Counted from the first letter of the whole stretch, positions 1 through 12,268 are shown. The stretch: DNA of 63,049 nucleotides, filler included, from Globobulimina sp. (GCA_003354225.1; 47 parts of 47 records of this genome joined end to end with filler, not necessarily neighbours in it), one strand, 5' to 3'. The notes: a model not told the origin generated them from the letters alone. Translations and numbers: made by a program.

Positions 1-1245
1 TAGTCATACATTATGATCATTTGTATGATTCTTCCTCTTATAGGAGTTACCACTGTACTTGTTTTAAAGAAAATTATCAAAAATGTCGTTTAGCCTTACG
101 ACAACCACTAACAGCAAAAACATTTTTTACTGAAATTTTTGAAGACGAAAAGGGAGAACCAAAAAGAAAATATCCCTCCAATAAAGTAGGCGAAGAAATA
201 ATATCTCCACCACCACAACGTGGAGATAACCCTTTTGCAAATAAAGATAATCGTGTAATTGTATATTGTTTAGCTCGTACAAATAAATGGGAACAATTAC
301 AAGTAGAAATGAACCCAATGACAACTGCGACACTTCGCTGTAATACTTCAATGCAAGTGCTTACGACCGAGAGTCAAGCGAAAACTGCTGCATGCGAGTT
401 ATATTAGTAAAAATCCATTTGAATTACGTAGTTTGATACCTATTATATTACAAGCGGAAGAACAATATCGAAAATATGGTTCAACTGCAGAAGATAAATA
501 TGCACGCTCAAGAAAAGGTAAAAATATTATGCAAAAAATCCTTAATAAATCAAATGCGTTAGAAGTATCTTCACAACAAGCTGCAGCAGCTATTTTAGGA
601 TATGATTCTGGGATTTGCAGTCATGACTTTATTTTTGTGGAACCATGGTCAATAGTACATCAACACTGTCTACACTATGATAATATAGATGATGAAGAAA
701 TAACGTTAACTAATTTAGAATTTGATTTTTCTACTGGTAAAGCAACAAGCATTTCAAATTTAGAAAGATACTTACATCGTGGTGCTAAATTACAAACATT
801 TTGTTTATTTATGTACACAATGTTTTTTAGTTATCGTAAACTTAAAAATAAGGGAAATGTTAAAGTTAGCAGTGGAAAATCTGGTCGACCAAGAAATGCA
901 ACATTTCCTTTTGAAGAAAAATCAAAACCAGAAAAATGTTTAGAACAATGTGTCAGATCAAATGTAAAAATACCACGTATTTCTGGTCAACCTCCGCCAG
1001 AGTATCCAGGTAACAAACCAAAAGAAACTGAGGAACAACGGGAAATAACAAAGTGGGAGAATAAAGCAAAACAATTTGTAGAATTTTATTCTTTGTTATT
1101 TTTGCCTGTTGACGCAAAATTAATTCCAATAGAACCATATAACAATATTTTACCTTGGAACGAAGAACAATCTTGGGATAATTTTTGGAAAGTCTTTAAT
1201 GATTTTGAAAATAGTACAAATAGTTATGAATATACTATCTCATGT
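1..1245 (+). mobile_element. Helitron-like Rep/helicase fragment, frameshifted near 393-405
   Basis: HCTCFK, NPMTTATLRCNTSMQVL..AKTAA, (A)SYISK and EVSSQQAAAAILGY..CSHDF match the Rep motif-3 and downstream region of Helitron RepHel proteins. Confidence 0.75.
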
Positions 1246-1345
1246 NNNNNNNNNNNNNNNNNNNNNNNNNNNNNNNNNNNNNNNNNNNNTTAATTAATTA
1301 ANNNNNNNNNNNNNNNNNNNNNNNNNNNNNNNNNNNNNNNNNNNN
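1246..1345. other. Artificial contig spacer (44N-TTAATTAATTAA-44N), first of 46 copies about every 1.34 kb
   Basis: Identical linker giving stops in all six frames; it separates contigs of monotonically decreasing length. Confidence 0.99.
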
Positions 1346-1349
1346 TTTA

Positions 1350-2522
1350 GTGATTGCAATTTGTTTTATATTTATTATGTTTGGTATTGTGGCTATATTT
1401 GAAGCCAGATGTTGCCATAAAAATGATTATTTTGAAGCATTGAGGGTCATTTCAGCAGTAATTTCAATACTGGCCATGATGAGTTATATATTTTTTATTA
1501 ATGAAGTATGGCTGCATTTACATTTTAATGCTCATTTACAATTAACATTTCTGGCAATATTCACGTTATCTGTCATATGTTTAATAGTTCCAATGCTGGC
1601 ATCAATATATATTTTGTATTATGAGTCCACATCAAAATATTGGTTATTTAATGATCGTATCCGACATTGGAAGGTCAAATATACAGAATTATTATACTTT
1701 TATTCTGTGATTACAGGTTCATCATTTACAGCCATTGATATATTTAATTCGAATTTATTTGGTTTGGATTTATTTTCTATGGGAATACCACACCAAAAGT
1801 TATTACCTTTTATCATCAAAAAGGTGTATTCCATGATTTTATTTTCACATTTTCCGCAGTTTACGTTATCTTTTTTACATTGCGCACTTCTGTCAAAGTT
1901 ACATTTTATTCCATTCGTATCGATGATATTCAGTTCTTTGTCAATAATTGTGACGATCATAAATATTATCATACAAAAAGAAATCATCTATAAAACAAAC
2001 GATTACTTGTATATTACCGTGGAGGTTCAAGGAAAAGTCAAATCTGGACACAAATCGCAATATTATTGCAAGAATAAAATAAAACATATTAAAGCATATT
2101 TATGTGAGTCTGTATTTGGAATAAATGATAAATTTGTGCAGATTATGAGGCCGTATGATCATGATACAATAAGCAAAGGATTGCAATTACAAATTCATAT
2201 TACGTATACGCATGACAATGATAGTAATGACCCCTCAGATAAATACGAGGATGCATTGAACAATGCCATTGACAATGGACCATTACGACAAATTATTAAA
2301 AATGAATGGAAATTGTTATTTTTGCCACAAATGAAAAACATTTCGTGTCAGTTTGTTAAATCCAGCGCAACTCGCAATAAATTAGCACGTGAAAAAATTC
2401 AAACGGATGATGATTATTCTGTGGATGGTTCAGAATCCAATGACACAATCATGGATCGCTGGGTTCAATGCACAGAAATTGAGGAGAGAAATGAGTCCGA
2501 GTCTTTGAAGCCTGCCAATTAA
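1350..2522 (+). CDS. Multi-pass membrane hypothetical protein, 5' partial
   Basis: 390-aa ORF with several hydrophobic helices and a soluble C-terminus. Confidence 0.7.
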   Translation: MIAICFIFIMFGIVAIFEARCCHKNDYFEALRVISAVISILAMMSYIFFINEVWLHLHFNAHLQLTFLAIFTLSVICLIVPMLASIYILYYESTSKYWLFNDRIRHWKVKYTELLYFYSVITGSSFTAIDIFNSNLFGLDLFSMGIPHQKLLPFIIKKVYSMILFSHFPQFTLSFLHCALLSKLHFIPFVSMIFSSLSIIVTIINIIIQKEIIYKTNDYLYITVEVQGKVKSGHKSQYYCKNKIKHIKAYLCESVFGINDKFVQIMRPYDHDTISKGLQLQIHITYTHDNDSNDPSDKYEDALNNAIDNGPLRQIIKNEWKLLFLPQMKNISCQFVKSSATRNKLAREKIQTDDDYSVDGSESNDTIMDRWVQCTEIEERNESESLKPAN

Positions 2523-2691
2523 TTGTTAAATATATATTGTTTTCCTTTTTTTCTTTTTTTTTTCTCCTTTTTTTTGTTCGTATTTATTTTNNNNNNNNNN
2601 NNNNNNNNNNNNNNNNNNNNNNNNNNNNNNNNNNTTAATTAATTAANNNNNNNNNNNNNNNNNNNNNNNNNNNNNNNNNNNNNNNNNNNNT

Positions 2692-2856
2692 CATTTCCCA
2701 AACCTTGACGAAATGAATTCCCAATATATTCAACACGTGTTGAAGCTGACAAAGGGGAGGGTCGAAGGTCCGAATGCAGCAGCTGAAATACTTGGCATTC
2801 ATCCCAATACGCTTCGGGGCAGAATGAAAAAACTGGGGATCCTTCGTAGCCGGTGA
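2692..2856 (+). CDS. C-terminal Fis-type HTH of a bacterial sigma54-dependent regulator (not in ORF track)
   Basis: Manual translation HFPNLDEMNSQYIQHVLKLTKGRVEGPNAAAEILGIHPNTLRGRMKKLGILRSR*. Confidence 0.9.
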   Translation, partial: HFPNLDEMNSQYIQHVLKLTKGRVEGPNAAAEILGIHPNTLRGRMKKLGILRSR

Positions 2857-3271
2857 AAATGGATTCCAGCCGCAGATACACGCAGACAGAAACAGATTTC
2901 AAATTCAATCTTAACTTTACCAAAATTTTTACGATTCTTTTTGATGACACTGAAAATATTTCAGATCAGAAATGAAAAAACAACTTATCTTAAGAATTCG
3001 GTCTGATAGATTATAACATAGTATCTGCAAGGCAATCATCTCAATTCCCACCTTTGATCAGGTAAATAATCATAGGCGCAATTACCAATAGCCTATTTGC
3101 GATTTACTGGACATATATCAACATTCTATATGGTGGGTAGAAAGTATCCATGAATTAAATTTCAAAATTCAACAGATTTGTTTTGAGGTGTATGAATTGG
3201 GACAAAAAGAAGTTTTTGAACACCGTTTATATATTTTTATAATGGTGAGCGTATATTTTCGTAACTATTTG

Positions 3272-3935
3272 TCATTTGTTTTTTGGAATTTGTTTTTTGA
3301 TTATTGTTATTCTATCCACAATTTCTTCAAACCTGAATTCTCCGACCAGTTTGACAAGTGAATCGGCAACTGAATTATTAGATGAACGGATCTGCTCAAT
3401 TAGTTCGCTGGTCTGGCTCATGTTCAGAGCCAGAATGGCGGATTTCAGTTCATCCAGCAATTGTTCCGGCAGTTTGGCCAATACCTCCGGAGTCAATACC
3501 TCATCAAACAATAGCGCAGCAGCTTCTTTTTTATCGGGCTCTTCTTTATACAAAAATTCTACTCCAAGATGCCGGGCCATGGCATCAAATATCTCTGCTT
3601 CCTGAAACGGCTTTCGTATAAGGTCATTGCATCCTGCGGCAAGAATCTCTTCACGTTCTTCCTCAAAGGCATGTGCGGTCAGGGCAAGAATCGGGATATT
3701 TCGGATTTCGGATTTCGAATTTCGGATTTCCCGCGTAGCGGTATAGCCGTCCATCACAGGCATGCGCATGTCCATCCAGATGAGGTCGGGTTGCCAGCTC
3801 AAGAACAACTCGCCCCCCTCCTTGCCGTCTGTTGCCTCCTTAACTTCAAAACCAACTGATTGCATCAGCCTTCTCAATAAAATTCTACTTTCCTCACTAT
3901 CTTCGACAATGAGGATGCGGTAACGGGGTTGGTCC
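3272..3935 (-). CDS. Bacterial hybrid histidine kinase, C-terminal receiver domain, 5' partial
   Basis: RILIVED..PDLIWMDMRMPVMDG..PILALTA..KPF; frame is open to the contig edge. Confidence 0.92.
3696..3730. repeat. Heptamer tandem repeat (GGATTTC)-like x5 inside the receiver CDS
   Basis: atatttc ggatttc ggatttc gaatttc ggatttc; encodes EIRNSKSEIRNI. Confidence 0.85.
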
Positions 3936-4438
3936 NNNNNNNNNNNNNNNNNNNNNNNNNNNNNNNNNNNNNNNNNNNNTTAATTAATTAANNNNNNNNN
4001 NNNNNNNNNNNNNNNNNNNNNNNNNNNNNNNNNNNGTGTTGGTTTAAACTATGAGTGTTGTTAACGATGAATGAATTGTTTGTTTGTGATTGATTGTTCG
4101 TGCTTGAGAACAATGGCGAAAGGACGGTTTTACTTTACTTCACTAAGTTTAGTTTTAAAAATCGTTTAATTTTTTGCACGTAGATAAATATAGATTTTCT
4201 GTGTATAAATCATGTTTCATAATTGTAATAACCAACAGATTTAATTAAATCTATGTGTGAAGGATTGGTAAATAGAAAAAGTTATCTTCAAAACTTTAAG
4301 AAATCAATATGCACAAACATGGTATTATAAGCAAACCCAACATAATTAATCAAATTTTTTATTCCATAAGATTTTTATGGTAATAAATTAGTGTTTATAT
4401 ATGTCTCAGAAAGATAGTATGGAAAAAAAAAGTAATAT

Positions 4439-4511
4439 GGGGTTCTAGCTCAATCGGAAGAGTGCAACGTTCGCAACGTTGCGGCACCGGGATCGAAACC
4501 CTGGTTCTCCA
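4439..4511 (+). tRNA. tRNA-Ala(CGC), eukaryotic type
   Basis: Cloverleaf with G3:U70, D stem GCTC/GAGT, anticodon stem CAACG/CGTTG around loop TTCGCAA, T loop ATCGAAA, no encoded CCA, downstream T-run. Confidence 0.9.
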
Positions 4512-4728
4512 TTATATTTTTGATTGAATTGCATCCATACAAACTCATCTACTTTCACACATAATCACCATTTTCTTTATATGATATGAGTCATATGACG
4601 GTATTTAATGGAGATCTGGTTGCGCTAAAACCATATTTTGTTTTTTTTGCATATCATCATTGAACGTACATAAAAAGCCAAAGTATACAACATCTGTACA
4701 ATCCTTTTGCGTTGTATACAATATTTCC

Positions 4729-5280
4729 ATGTTTAAAAAACCTAAAAAACAGTTCGTACATTTTTTGTGCAGCATGCAGTCTGTTAAAAATAGTTTGAAG
4801 CATATCACTCGTAAGTCGTTTAATTGCAATTTGAACGTTAACCAAATAAGATTAAAAATTTCCAACGCCATTGATTTCCAATCTAACAAAGATTTGGTGC
4901 AAGCTTTTGTTGATATATTTGGTAAATACGGATTGGTTCTTTTAGAATTTGATAATTATGCAGAAAATACAGAGGAAACAATGGAAAACAATTTATTAAA
5001 TCTACAACATTTATTCGGCACTATCTCCCATTACGATAAAAGCAGTGATGCCAAAGGGCGAGGATTTGTTCATATAGATTCGCGTACTCCCAATGCCGTA
5101 ATCGATAAAGCAACAGAAACGTTTCCAGTGCATACAGATGGAACATATAAAGCAATGCCAGAAAAGATTCAAAGCTTAGGCTGCGTCGTTCCGGCTCGAC
5201 CATCCGGAGGAGGCAAATCCATATTCATTTCTGGCTCATATTTAATGGAATATATTTATCATTTATGTGATGGAAATGAT
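4729..5280 (+). CDS. TauD/TfdA-like Fe(II)/2-oxoglutarate dioxygenase, 3' partial
   Basis: FPVHTDGTY HxD motif followed by LGCVVPA..GGKSIFISG. Confidence 0.75.
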
Positions 5281-5380
5281 NNNNNNNNNNNNNNNNNNNN
5301 NNNNNNNNNNNNNNNNNNNNNNNNTTAATTAATTAANNNNNNNNNNNNNNNNNNNNNNNNNNNNNNNNNNNNNNNNNNNN

Positions 5381-6625
5381 TATTGCTAAGTTCGGGTTTT
5401 TGTTCCGATTTTGATAAATATTCGGAAAAATTTTTTGAAGAAGAAAATAAAGATCGAATTCTTTTAGTTTTTTCTTCAGAAGATAGATGTTCGAAGTCAT
5501 CGTCAGCTTTTCGTTTATCGGCGAAAGTTTGTGGTCGTCGAGTTATAGTATCGGATTTAGCTCCTCTAAATTGAGTTTCGAAGTTAGACCTTGAAGATGG
5601 TAAATCATACGAGATACCTGAAGCTCCTTGGCCTCGTCCCGTATTAGTTTGACGTATATTTTTGATATCCATTAATTCTTTATATTCTTTACTCCATGGT
5701 AATTTAGATAATGAGAATTTTGGATCATTTCGTTGATGGAAAAAATCGATTCGACGAATTCTGTTATCTTCGACATTTGTTGAAATTGGAATGTTTGGTG
5801 TATAGAGTGATATTAATAGTACTGATTGAAGTTTCATGTCTTCAAGGTTGTCAGATTTTCCATGAAATACTGACCATATACGAAACATGTTGTTAGTAAT
5901 TTGGGTTACTTTAGCAATTTGTGCTGTTGTTGCAATTTCGTAAGCATTTGTATATTGTAGACATTTATCTTTAATACAAATACCAATTTGGTTTTCGTAT
6001 TCTCCGTCTTTTTCGATTTTTTCGTGATAGATATTTTGATTTCGTTTAGCGTTGTATCCTATTCCGAGGCTTGTATCGAGAGATAGAAATTTGAAATCGT
6101 AATTTTCAAATTTTGATAGATAACCCAATAAAATTTCAAAGTTAGAATCATCTTTAACTCGTAAATCTAACCATTCATTGTATTTAGTAGTTTTGTATGT
6201 AGATGTAAATTTATTACAGTTTTCGTTCCAATTGTTGAAAGGTATAGCTTGTAGAATATATCGAAATTGGTCGTAAGTTTGATTTTGAGATAAAAGAGAT
6301 AGAAGTTCGAGATCGTTACAGTCCATGGCCATATGAGTTTTTAGATAATGATCGAACGATTGATAGATGATACCTTTTGGAAATGGGAAACCGAATTTAT
6401 CGTCACTTCCATCTATAGCTTGTTCTTTGGGAAATGGACCCCAAATTTCGACCATAAAGTGCCAACTTAGTGGATCATTTTTGACATTTCCAATAAAAAG
6501 ATCGTATTTCGTTCGTTCAGTTTGTTCTTCTTGATCATCTTCTTTTGTTATATCTGGAGATTCAGAGGAAGAAGTTGATTGAGCTTGTTCGAGGTCGTGA
6601 ATTTTTGTTCGCATAGCTTCGATAC
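5381..6625 (-). CDS. Hypothetical protein, possibly retroelement ORF1
   Basis: Intronless ORF of more than 400 aa spanning the contig; no recognised motif. Confidence 0.55.
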
Positions 6626-6725
6626 NNNNNNNNNNNNNNNNNNNNNNNNNNNNNNNNNNNNNNNNNNNNTTAATTAATTAANNNNNNNNNNNNNNNNNNN
6701 NNNNNNNNNNNNNNNNNNNNNNNNN

Positions 6726-6876
6726 ACAGTTTCAATCCGAAAAAAAACAGTTTCAAACTGCAAAAAAATAACTTCAATCTGAAAAAAAAATAATTTCAAT
6801 CTGAAAATTTGAGTTTCAAACTGCAAAAAAATAACTTCAATCCGAAAAAAAAATCAGTTTCAAACTGAAAAAAAAA
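6726..6876. repeat. About 21-22-nt minisatellite, about 7 copies, probably intronic
   Basis: Repeated (a/c)agtttcaa(t/a)ctgaaaaaaa units next to a minus-strand GTAC donor-like site. Confidence 0.8.
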
Positions 6877-6881
6877 ATGTA

Positions 6882-7969
6882 CGACAGACCAGTGAGTTGG
6901 TCGGAGATTTGTAGTATGTTCGTGGTTTTACTTCGATGCAAACCATAGCCGGTTTTCAACATTTGATTCTCGTAATCCCTCTCTTCCAACAACAGCATCA
7001 AATCATCCCTCTCTTTCTCCAACGCGCTGTTGCGCGAACCCAACATAATGATCTCTGAGCTCATTTTCTTGATATGCTCCTGTTGCTGCATCAGGTCTTC
7101 CTGCGCCATCTCTGCGAAACTGTCGATTTCGCGCTGCAGCCCTTCCTTTTCGTACTGCGCTCGCATGGCGGCGGTTAACTGCACCATCAACTCCTCGATT
7201 TTGGCGTTTTTATCCAACACTTTGGCCTGTTCGCTGCGGAGTTGCTGCAACAACCTCTTCTCTCCGGATGTCGCTGCCTGGCCATTCCCGTCCGTATCGT
7301 CCGCATTTAAGCGTTGTTGCAACTTCTTTTGATATGCCTTGGCTTGGTTCAATGCCATATCTTTTTGGTTCATATCATCCGTCAGCTCCGACAATTGCTG
7401 CTTTGTATTATTTACCTCTTCGCGGAATTTTTCGGTGTCGTCGCGGTACACTTCTTCCAACGATTTGGTCTGTTTATGTACAGTGCAAATGTATGGCAGT
7501 TGCAATCAGTGATAAATACAAAATGTGTTACCTTTTGATCCAATATTTTAACCTCAGTTTGTGCCGCACCTAACTGAGTGCGTAAGGTGTCATTGACCGA
7601 CAATAAATCTTCTTTTTCCTCTTCCAACTTTCCAATAATCTCAACCGCGGTGTTGCACTGTTCCTGGCTTTCACGCAATTTTATTTGAAGGTGTTTTAGC
7701 TCGCGTTCTAATTTCAGACTTTGTCCCTTTTTCTGCATTGCCAGTCTCGCCGATGGAGGCAATTCTTGCTGCATTAAGCGAATAACTGCCACATTTGATG
7801 ATGATTTGGATTTGGCGACAAAGCTTATGACTGCGCCATCTGTATTACGTCTGCGATGCCCTGAGGATCGCTTGAATGATTTGGTACTTTGCGTTTTGGC
7901 CGCGATTGATTGTGGCTGTGGCTCTTCATCTGTGTGGAATGTAGGTGGTGTGCGTACATTTTTAGCATG
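6882..7969 (-). CDS. Coiled-coil protein, partial, intron 7470-7531
   Basis: A 62-nt GTAAC...AACAG intron joins ILDQK to TKSLEEVY in frame; heptad-rich. Confidence 0.8.
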
Positions 7970-8071
7970 NNNNNNNNNNNNNNNNNNNNNNNNNNNNNNN
8001 NNNNNNNNNNNNNTTAATTAATTAANNNNNNNNNNNNNNNNNNNNNNNNNNNNNNNNNNNNNNNNNNNNGT

Positions 8072-8963
8072 GATTATAACAAAGCGTTTTTAGGAATTAA
8101 CACTGCGGATTGGTCATTTTTGTCGAATGAAATTGATGTAGTTTGTAACGTAGGCTCAAGAATGGGAGCTGCTATGCCATGGTCTAAAGCAGTGGATGGT
8201 GTATTTCATCCAACCAATGTTCTGATTGAATTAAGTCGAACTATTAAAATTAAACCGCTATTATGTATCAGTACATGTATCGCACGAATCGCATTGTATG
8301 CGCCACCCGGTCAAGGCATGAATCATGGATATTCTTTGTCAAAATATGCTGATTTGGAGAGATTAAAATATCTCCATTATTCGACTGGACATCCAGTTAA
8401 AGCAGTACTTTTACCACAAGTACTATGTAAAGAATTAGAATTTTCAACTTCGGATTTTATTCATGTTTTGTGGTGGTTTTGTTTAAAATTCGGTGTTTAT
8501 CCAATAGCGGATAATGTGAGAATGCAATATGTCTTTGCAACAGATTCATGTCAAAGTATAGTGAATAATGTCTCATTTAATACAAATGACGGTGTAGTTG
8601 TTGTTGGTGGATGTCATTCTCAACATAATATATTTTGGAATGATGTATTTTATGTAATGCAACGTGTAAAACCAATGAAATTAATATCAATGGAAAAATT
8701 CAATGAGATTTGGGTTAATATGGCACCAAAAGATAAACAGAAATTTTTGATTTCAACAAAATATGGACGTATTTTGTATTCAACTCCAGCCAATAATTTA
8801 CCAATGATTGGAGGACCAGATAGATAAAGAATTTTTGTTCAAAATATTGAAATATGTCAATAATATTTCATTGCAACAGTTAAAATCTGGAATAGATTCA
8901 CCATATTTTGGTTATCCATGGTGGAAAGAGGTGAATCATGATGGAAAGCAAAGCAAATTATAA
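8072..8963 (+). CDS. Thioester reductase (R) domain, NRPS/Lys2/CAR-type extended SDR; 5' partial, frameshift at 8819-8826
   Basis: FLGINTADWSFLSNEIDVVCNVG..MPWS..IKPLLCIST..GYSLSK (YxxxK)..DFIHVLWWFCLKFGVYP parallels the R-domain consensus. Confidence 0.7.
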
Positions 8964-9103
8964 ATTTATTTCAAATCATATATTATTTTATGTATCTATT
9001 ATCTATCATATATTATTTATTCTCTATGATCTATTACTTGATCGTATATGTTTGCTATGTGCCATAATAATTGACTAGTTTTCAGTAAAATTGTTTTGTA
9101 AAC

Positions 9104-9313
9104 ATGGCAAGCAGTTCAAACTCGGAAATTGGATTATGGGGTTTGGCAGTAATGGGTCAAAATTTTGCACTCAACATTGCAGATAAAGGATTTAGAATTT
9201 CTGTAACCAATCGAAGTGACCCGAAAGTTGAGGCCACCGTAGCACGGGCCAAGAAAGAAGGACTAGCTGATAAATTAACGGGCTTTACAGATAAAAAAGC
9301 ATTCATTCAATCC
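9104..9313 (+). CDS. PGD: 6-phosphogluconate dehydrogenase, N-terminus
   Basis: [26 protein letters not shown]. Confidence 0.95.
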
Positions 9314-9413
9314 NNNNNNNNNNNNNNNNNNNNNNNNNNNNNNNNNNNNNNNNNNNNTTAATTAATTAANNNNNNNNNNNNNNNNNNNNNNNNNNNNNNN
9401 NNNNNNNNNNNNN

Positions 9414-10657
9414 TACATAACCGTTTTTTCTCATTGTCCCAGCATCAGGACACTATGATAATTTTATCAATTCTGTCATCGGTTACATCCAACAAAGTCA
9501 TTGCGTGTCCAAGCGCTAATAAAATAAAATATAAATATGAGAATTTAATCAGTATCTGTCATTAACAAACCTTTTGAAGCATCAGTTTTGCCTTTACCGT
9601 CATGCGTGCATTGACCATATTGCCTTACATATTGCACATATTGCAATGGATCATTTTGCAATGTTGTATCCGCAAAAGTGACTAAATTGTTGGTGTTTCC
9701 ATGTGCTTTCATTTCAACGGTTTGGATTCGTGTTGCATCCGTATCGTCTAATAATTTTGATATAATTTCACCAACTCCTTCCAATAAATTATCACAATGA
9801 CATTGTTGTAAATCGCATGTATTGTCCAGAAGTATAATAAAATCAAATTTCTTTCCTTCTCGAATTTCATACGGACCTAAAAAATATATTGTGTCTATTT
9901 TATGTCATAGTTGCAATAAAAACACATACAAATATCTTGGATCGGAGACGGTGCTGCAATGTAATATTATCAATGAGAATTAAAAATGTATTTTATTATA
10001 TTGTATGCCACTAAATTAAATGAAATAAAATATGACAAAACTAGGTTTTTCTGTTGGCCACCTGCTAGGTTCAGGTGTAGGCCATTCTGTCGGTTCTGGT
10101 GTAGGCCATGGCGTTGGCTCAGGCGCTGTATTATGCATTACGCTGTATTCAATCCAATAAATCAGAGTGGAAACAATATTACAAAACTTGGCCATTCTGT
10201 TGGTTCCGGTGTAGGCCATTCTGTGGGTTCGGGTGTGGGATATGTTGTAGGTTCAGGAGTAGGATATTGGGTTGGTTCCGGTGTAGGATATTCAGTGGGT
10301 TCAGGAGTAGGCCATTCTGTTGGTTCCGGCGTAGGGTATTCTGTTGGTTCAGGTGTGGGGTATTCAGTGGGTTCTGGCGCTATATACATTTAATAATTAT
10401 AATAACAATACAATCTGCAATTAAAAAAACACTATGTCAAAACTTGGCCAATATGTAGGTTCAGGAGTAGGGTATTCCGTTGGTTCCGGCGTAGGGTATT
10501 GTGTTGGTTCAGGTGTAGGGTATTCAGTTGGTTCCGGCGTAGGCCATTCTGTTGGTTCCGGTGTGGGATATTGTGTTGGTTCAGGAGTAGGATATTCAGT
10601 GGGTTCGGGCGCTATATATATATAATAATTATAATATGGATACAATCTGCAATTAAA
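9414..10657 (-). CDS. PTPEPTE(Y/W)-repeat protein followed by a vWA-like domain, multi-intron, partial
   Basis: Phase-1 introns (e.g. 10380-10443) splice the repeats in frame; [28 protein letters not shown] resembles vWA; in-frame TGA at 9445-9447. Confidence 0.7.
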
Positions 10658-10757
10658 NNNNNNNNNNNNNNNNNNNNNNNNNNNNNNNNNNNNNNNNNNN
10701 NTTAATTAATTAANNNNNNNNNNNNNNNNNNNNNNNNNNNNNNNNNNNNNNNNNNNN

Positions 10758-12001
10758 ACATATGGTTCAGGAGCAATTGGGTCATCTGGATTTACTTGGG
10801 CTGCAAATCGTTTAGCCATACGAGTCCAGTTCGGTTTATCCATTCCGGCCAAATGTTGTTGTGCCTTCTCAAAATCAAAAGTGTTGACCTTCCGTAAAAA
10901 TTCTCGGCACATTCGTTCGTCTCTATTGTACATGAACTCACCCGGTGGATGTTTCTTATCAAAATAAACTCGGAAAATATTAGTGAATTCAGGAAGTGTT
11001 ATATTACCTTGTTGAAGTCTGTCGTAAGCATCAGCTGACGCACTTCGGTTGTTAGATGTATTACCGTAACAATCTTTTAACATACGAAGAGCCATATTAG
11101 GTCGAAAATTTTCCCCTTTTTGTCGGTATATTTGTTTGTATAATTCTTTTGGTTCTCCTCCCAGAAAAAGAAATAAAAATTCTTCAAGAAAGTTACGATT
11201 ACCCTGTAATTTACATACTAAACGGGCTTTATCAATCCAAGATTCTAAATTTTCATCCTGTGAGCCCGAAAAAATTAACTCTGGTGTAATAATACGATGG
11301 TCGAATCGAGGGCGGAATTTATCAACAAAAACCGTTCGATCGATTTTTGTGTCATTTGGTTTTGTTTCTAAACTATCGCATGATGAATACCCTTGAGCCC
11401 CTGATACTTGATCGACTTTTTCACAATCAACTTGACTAATATGCGATTGACCTTTTGTTGACAGTCCACGTTCACTCTGACGTGACTCGGTCTGTCGCTT
11501 AGGCAATGATTGATTATGACAGCCTAAATTAATAGGTACTTTTGTTTTAGTCTGCGTTGATTGAGGCAGATTTCCCTTTAATTTACCTGTGTCATGTACA
11601 ATTTGAGAGATCGGTTGAATACTCTGGGGCAATTTGGACGAATCTTGAATCTCTTGTGTCAAATGTTGACCAATTGGGGGGCTCGTTTGAACTTGAGGCT
11701 TGTACAAATTACCAACAGTAATATTGTTACCCAAATGATCTTGTGACGATCGTTGTGAATGTGATGATTCATTCCTATAAAAAGTTTGCATTCCTTGTAC
11801 CTTTGGATTATTGGCTAATGTCTGTATTGCATGTTGTAACAATTGTAATTGTCGTTCATACTCAGCAATTTCAAAATCGAACTGGCGCTTGCATTCATTC
11901 ATGAGTTTTAACTGTTCGATTTTTGTTCGTAACCGATCGCCTACAGCTATTATAGCCATTATTTGTTCGCCTAAATTTGGCTGATTTTGCTGATTATGCA
12001 A
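10758..12001 (-). mobile_element. LTR-retrotransposon (Ty3/gypsy-like) Gag, partial
   Basis: FSGSQDENLESW..FLGGEPKELY..LKDCYG..LQQGNITLPEFTNIF capsid/MHR-like pattern. Confidence 0.7.
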
Positions 12002-12268
12002 NNNNNNNNNNNNNNNNNNNNNNNNNNNNNNNNNNNNNNNNNNNNTTAATTAATTAANNNNNNNNNNNNNNNNNNNNNNNNNNNNNNNNNNNNNNNNNNN
12101 NGTCTTCTTTACTGAATTTACGGTTGACAAATAAACTGTTTTTTGAAGTTATTGTTTTTTAATTTCGTAAAGTAAATGTCTTTAAAATAAGCGAAATTCA
12201 ACTCCTAAATATACACTATAATGAGCACACTAACTCTTTCGTCATTTTGCTTGCTTTTTGAGTTGTTG

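Noticed and set aside
10040-10612. CRISPR-like 24-nt periodicity and plus-strand GSGVG ORFs
   Set aside because: Coding PTPE repeat on the minus strand; no unique spacers; the plus ORFs are shadows.
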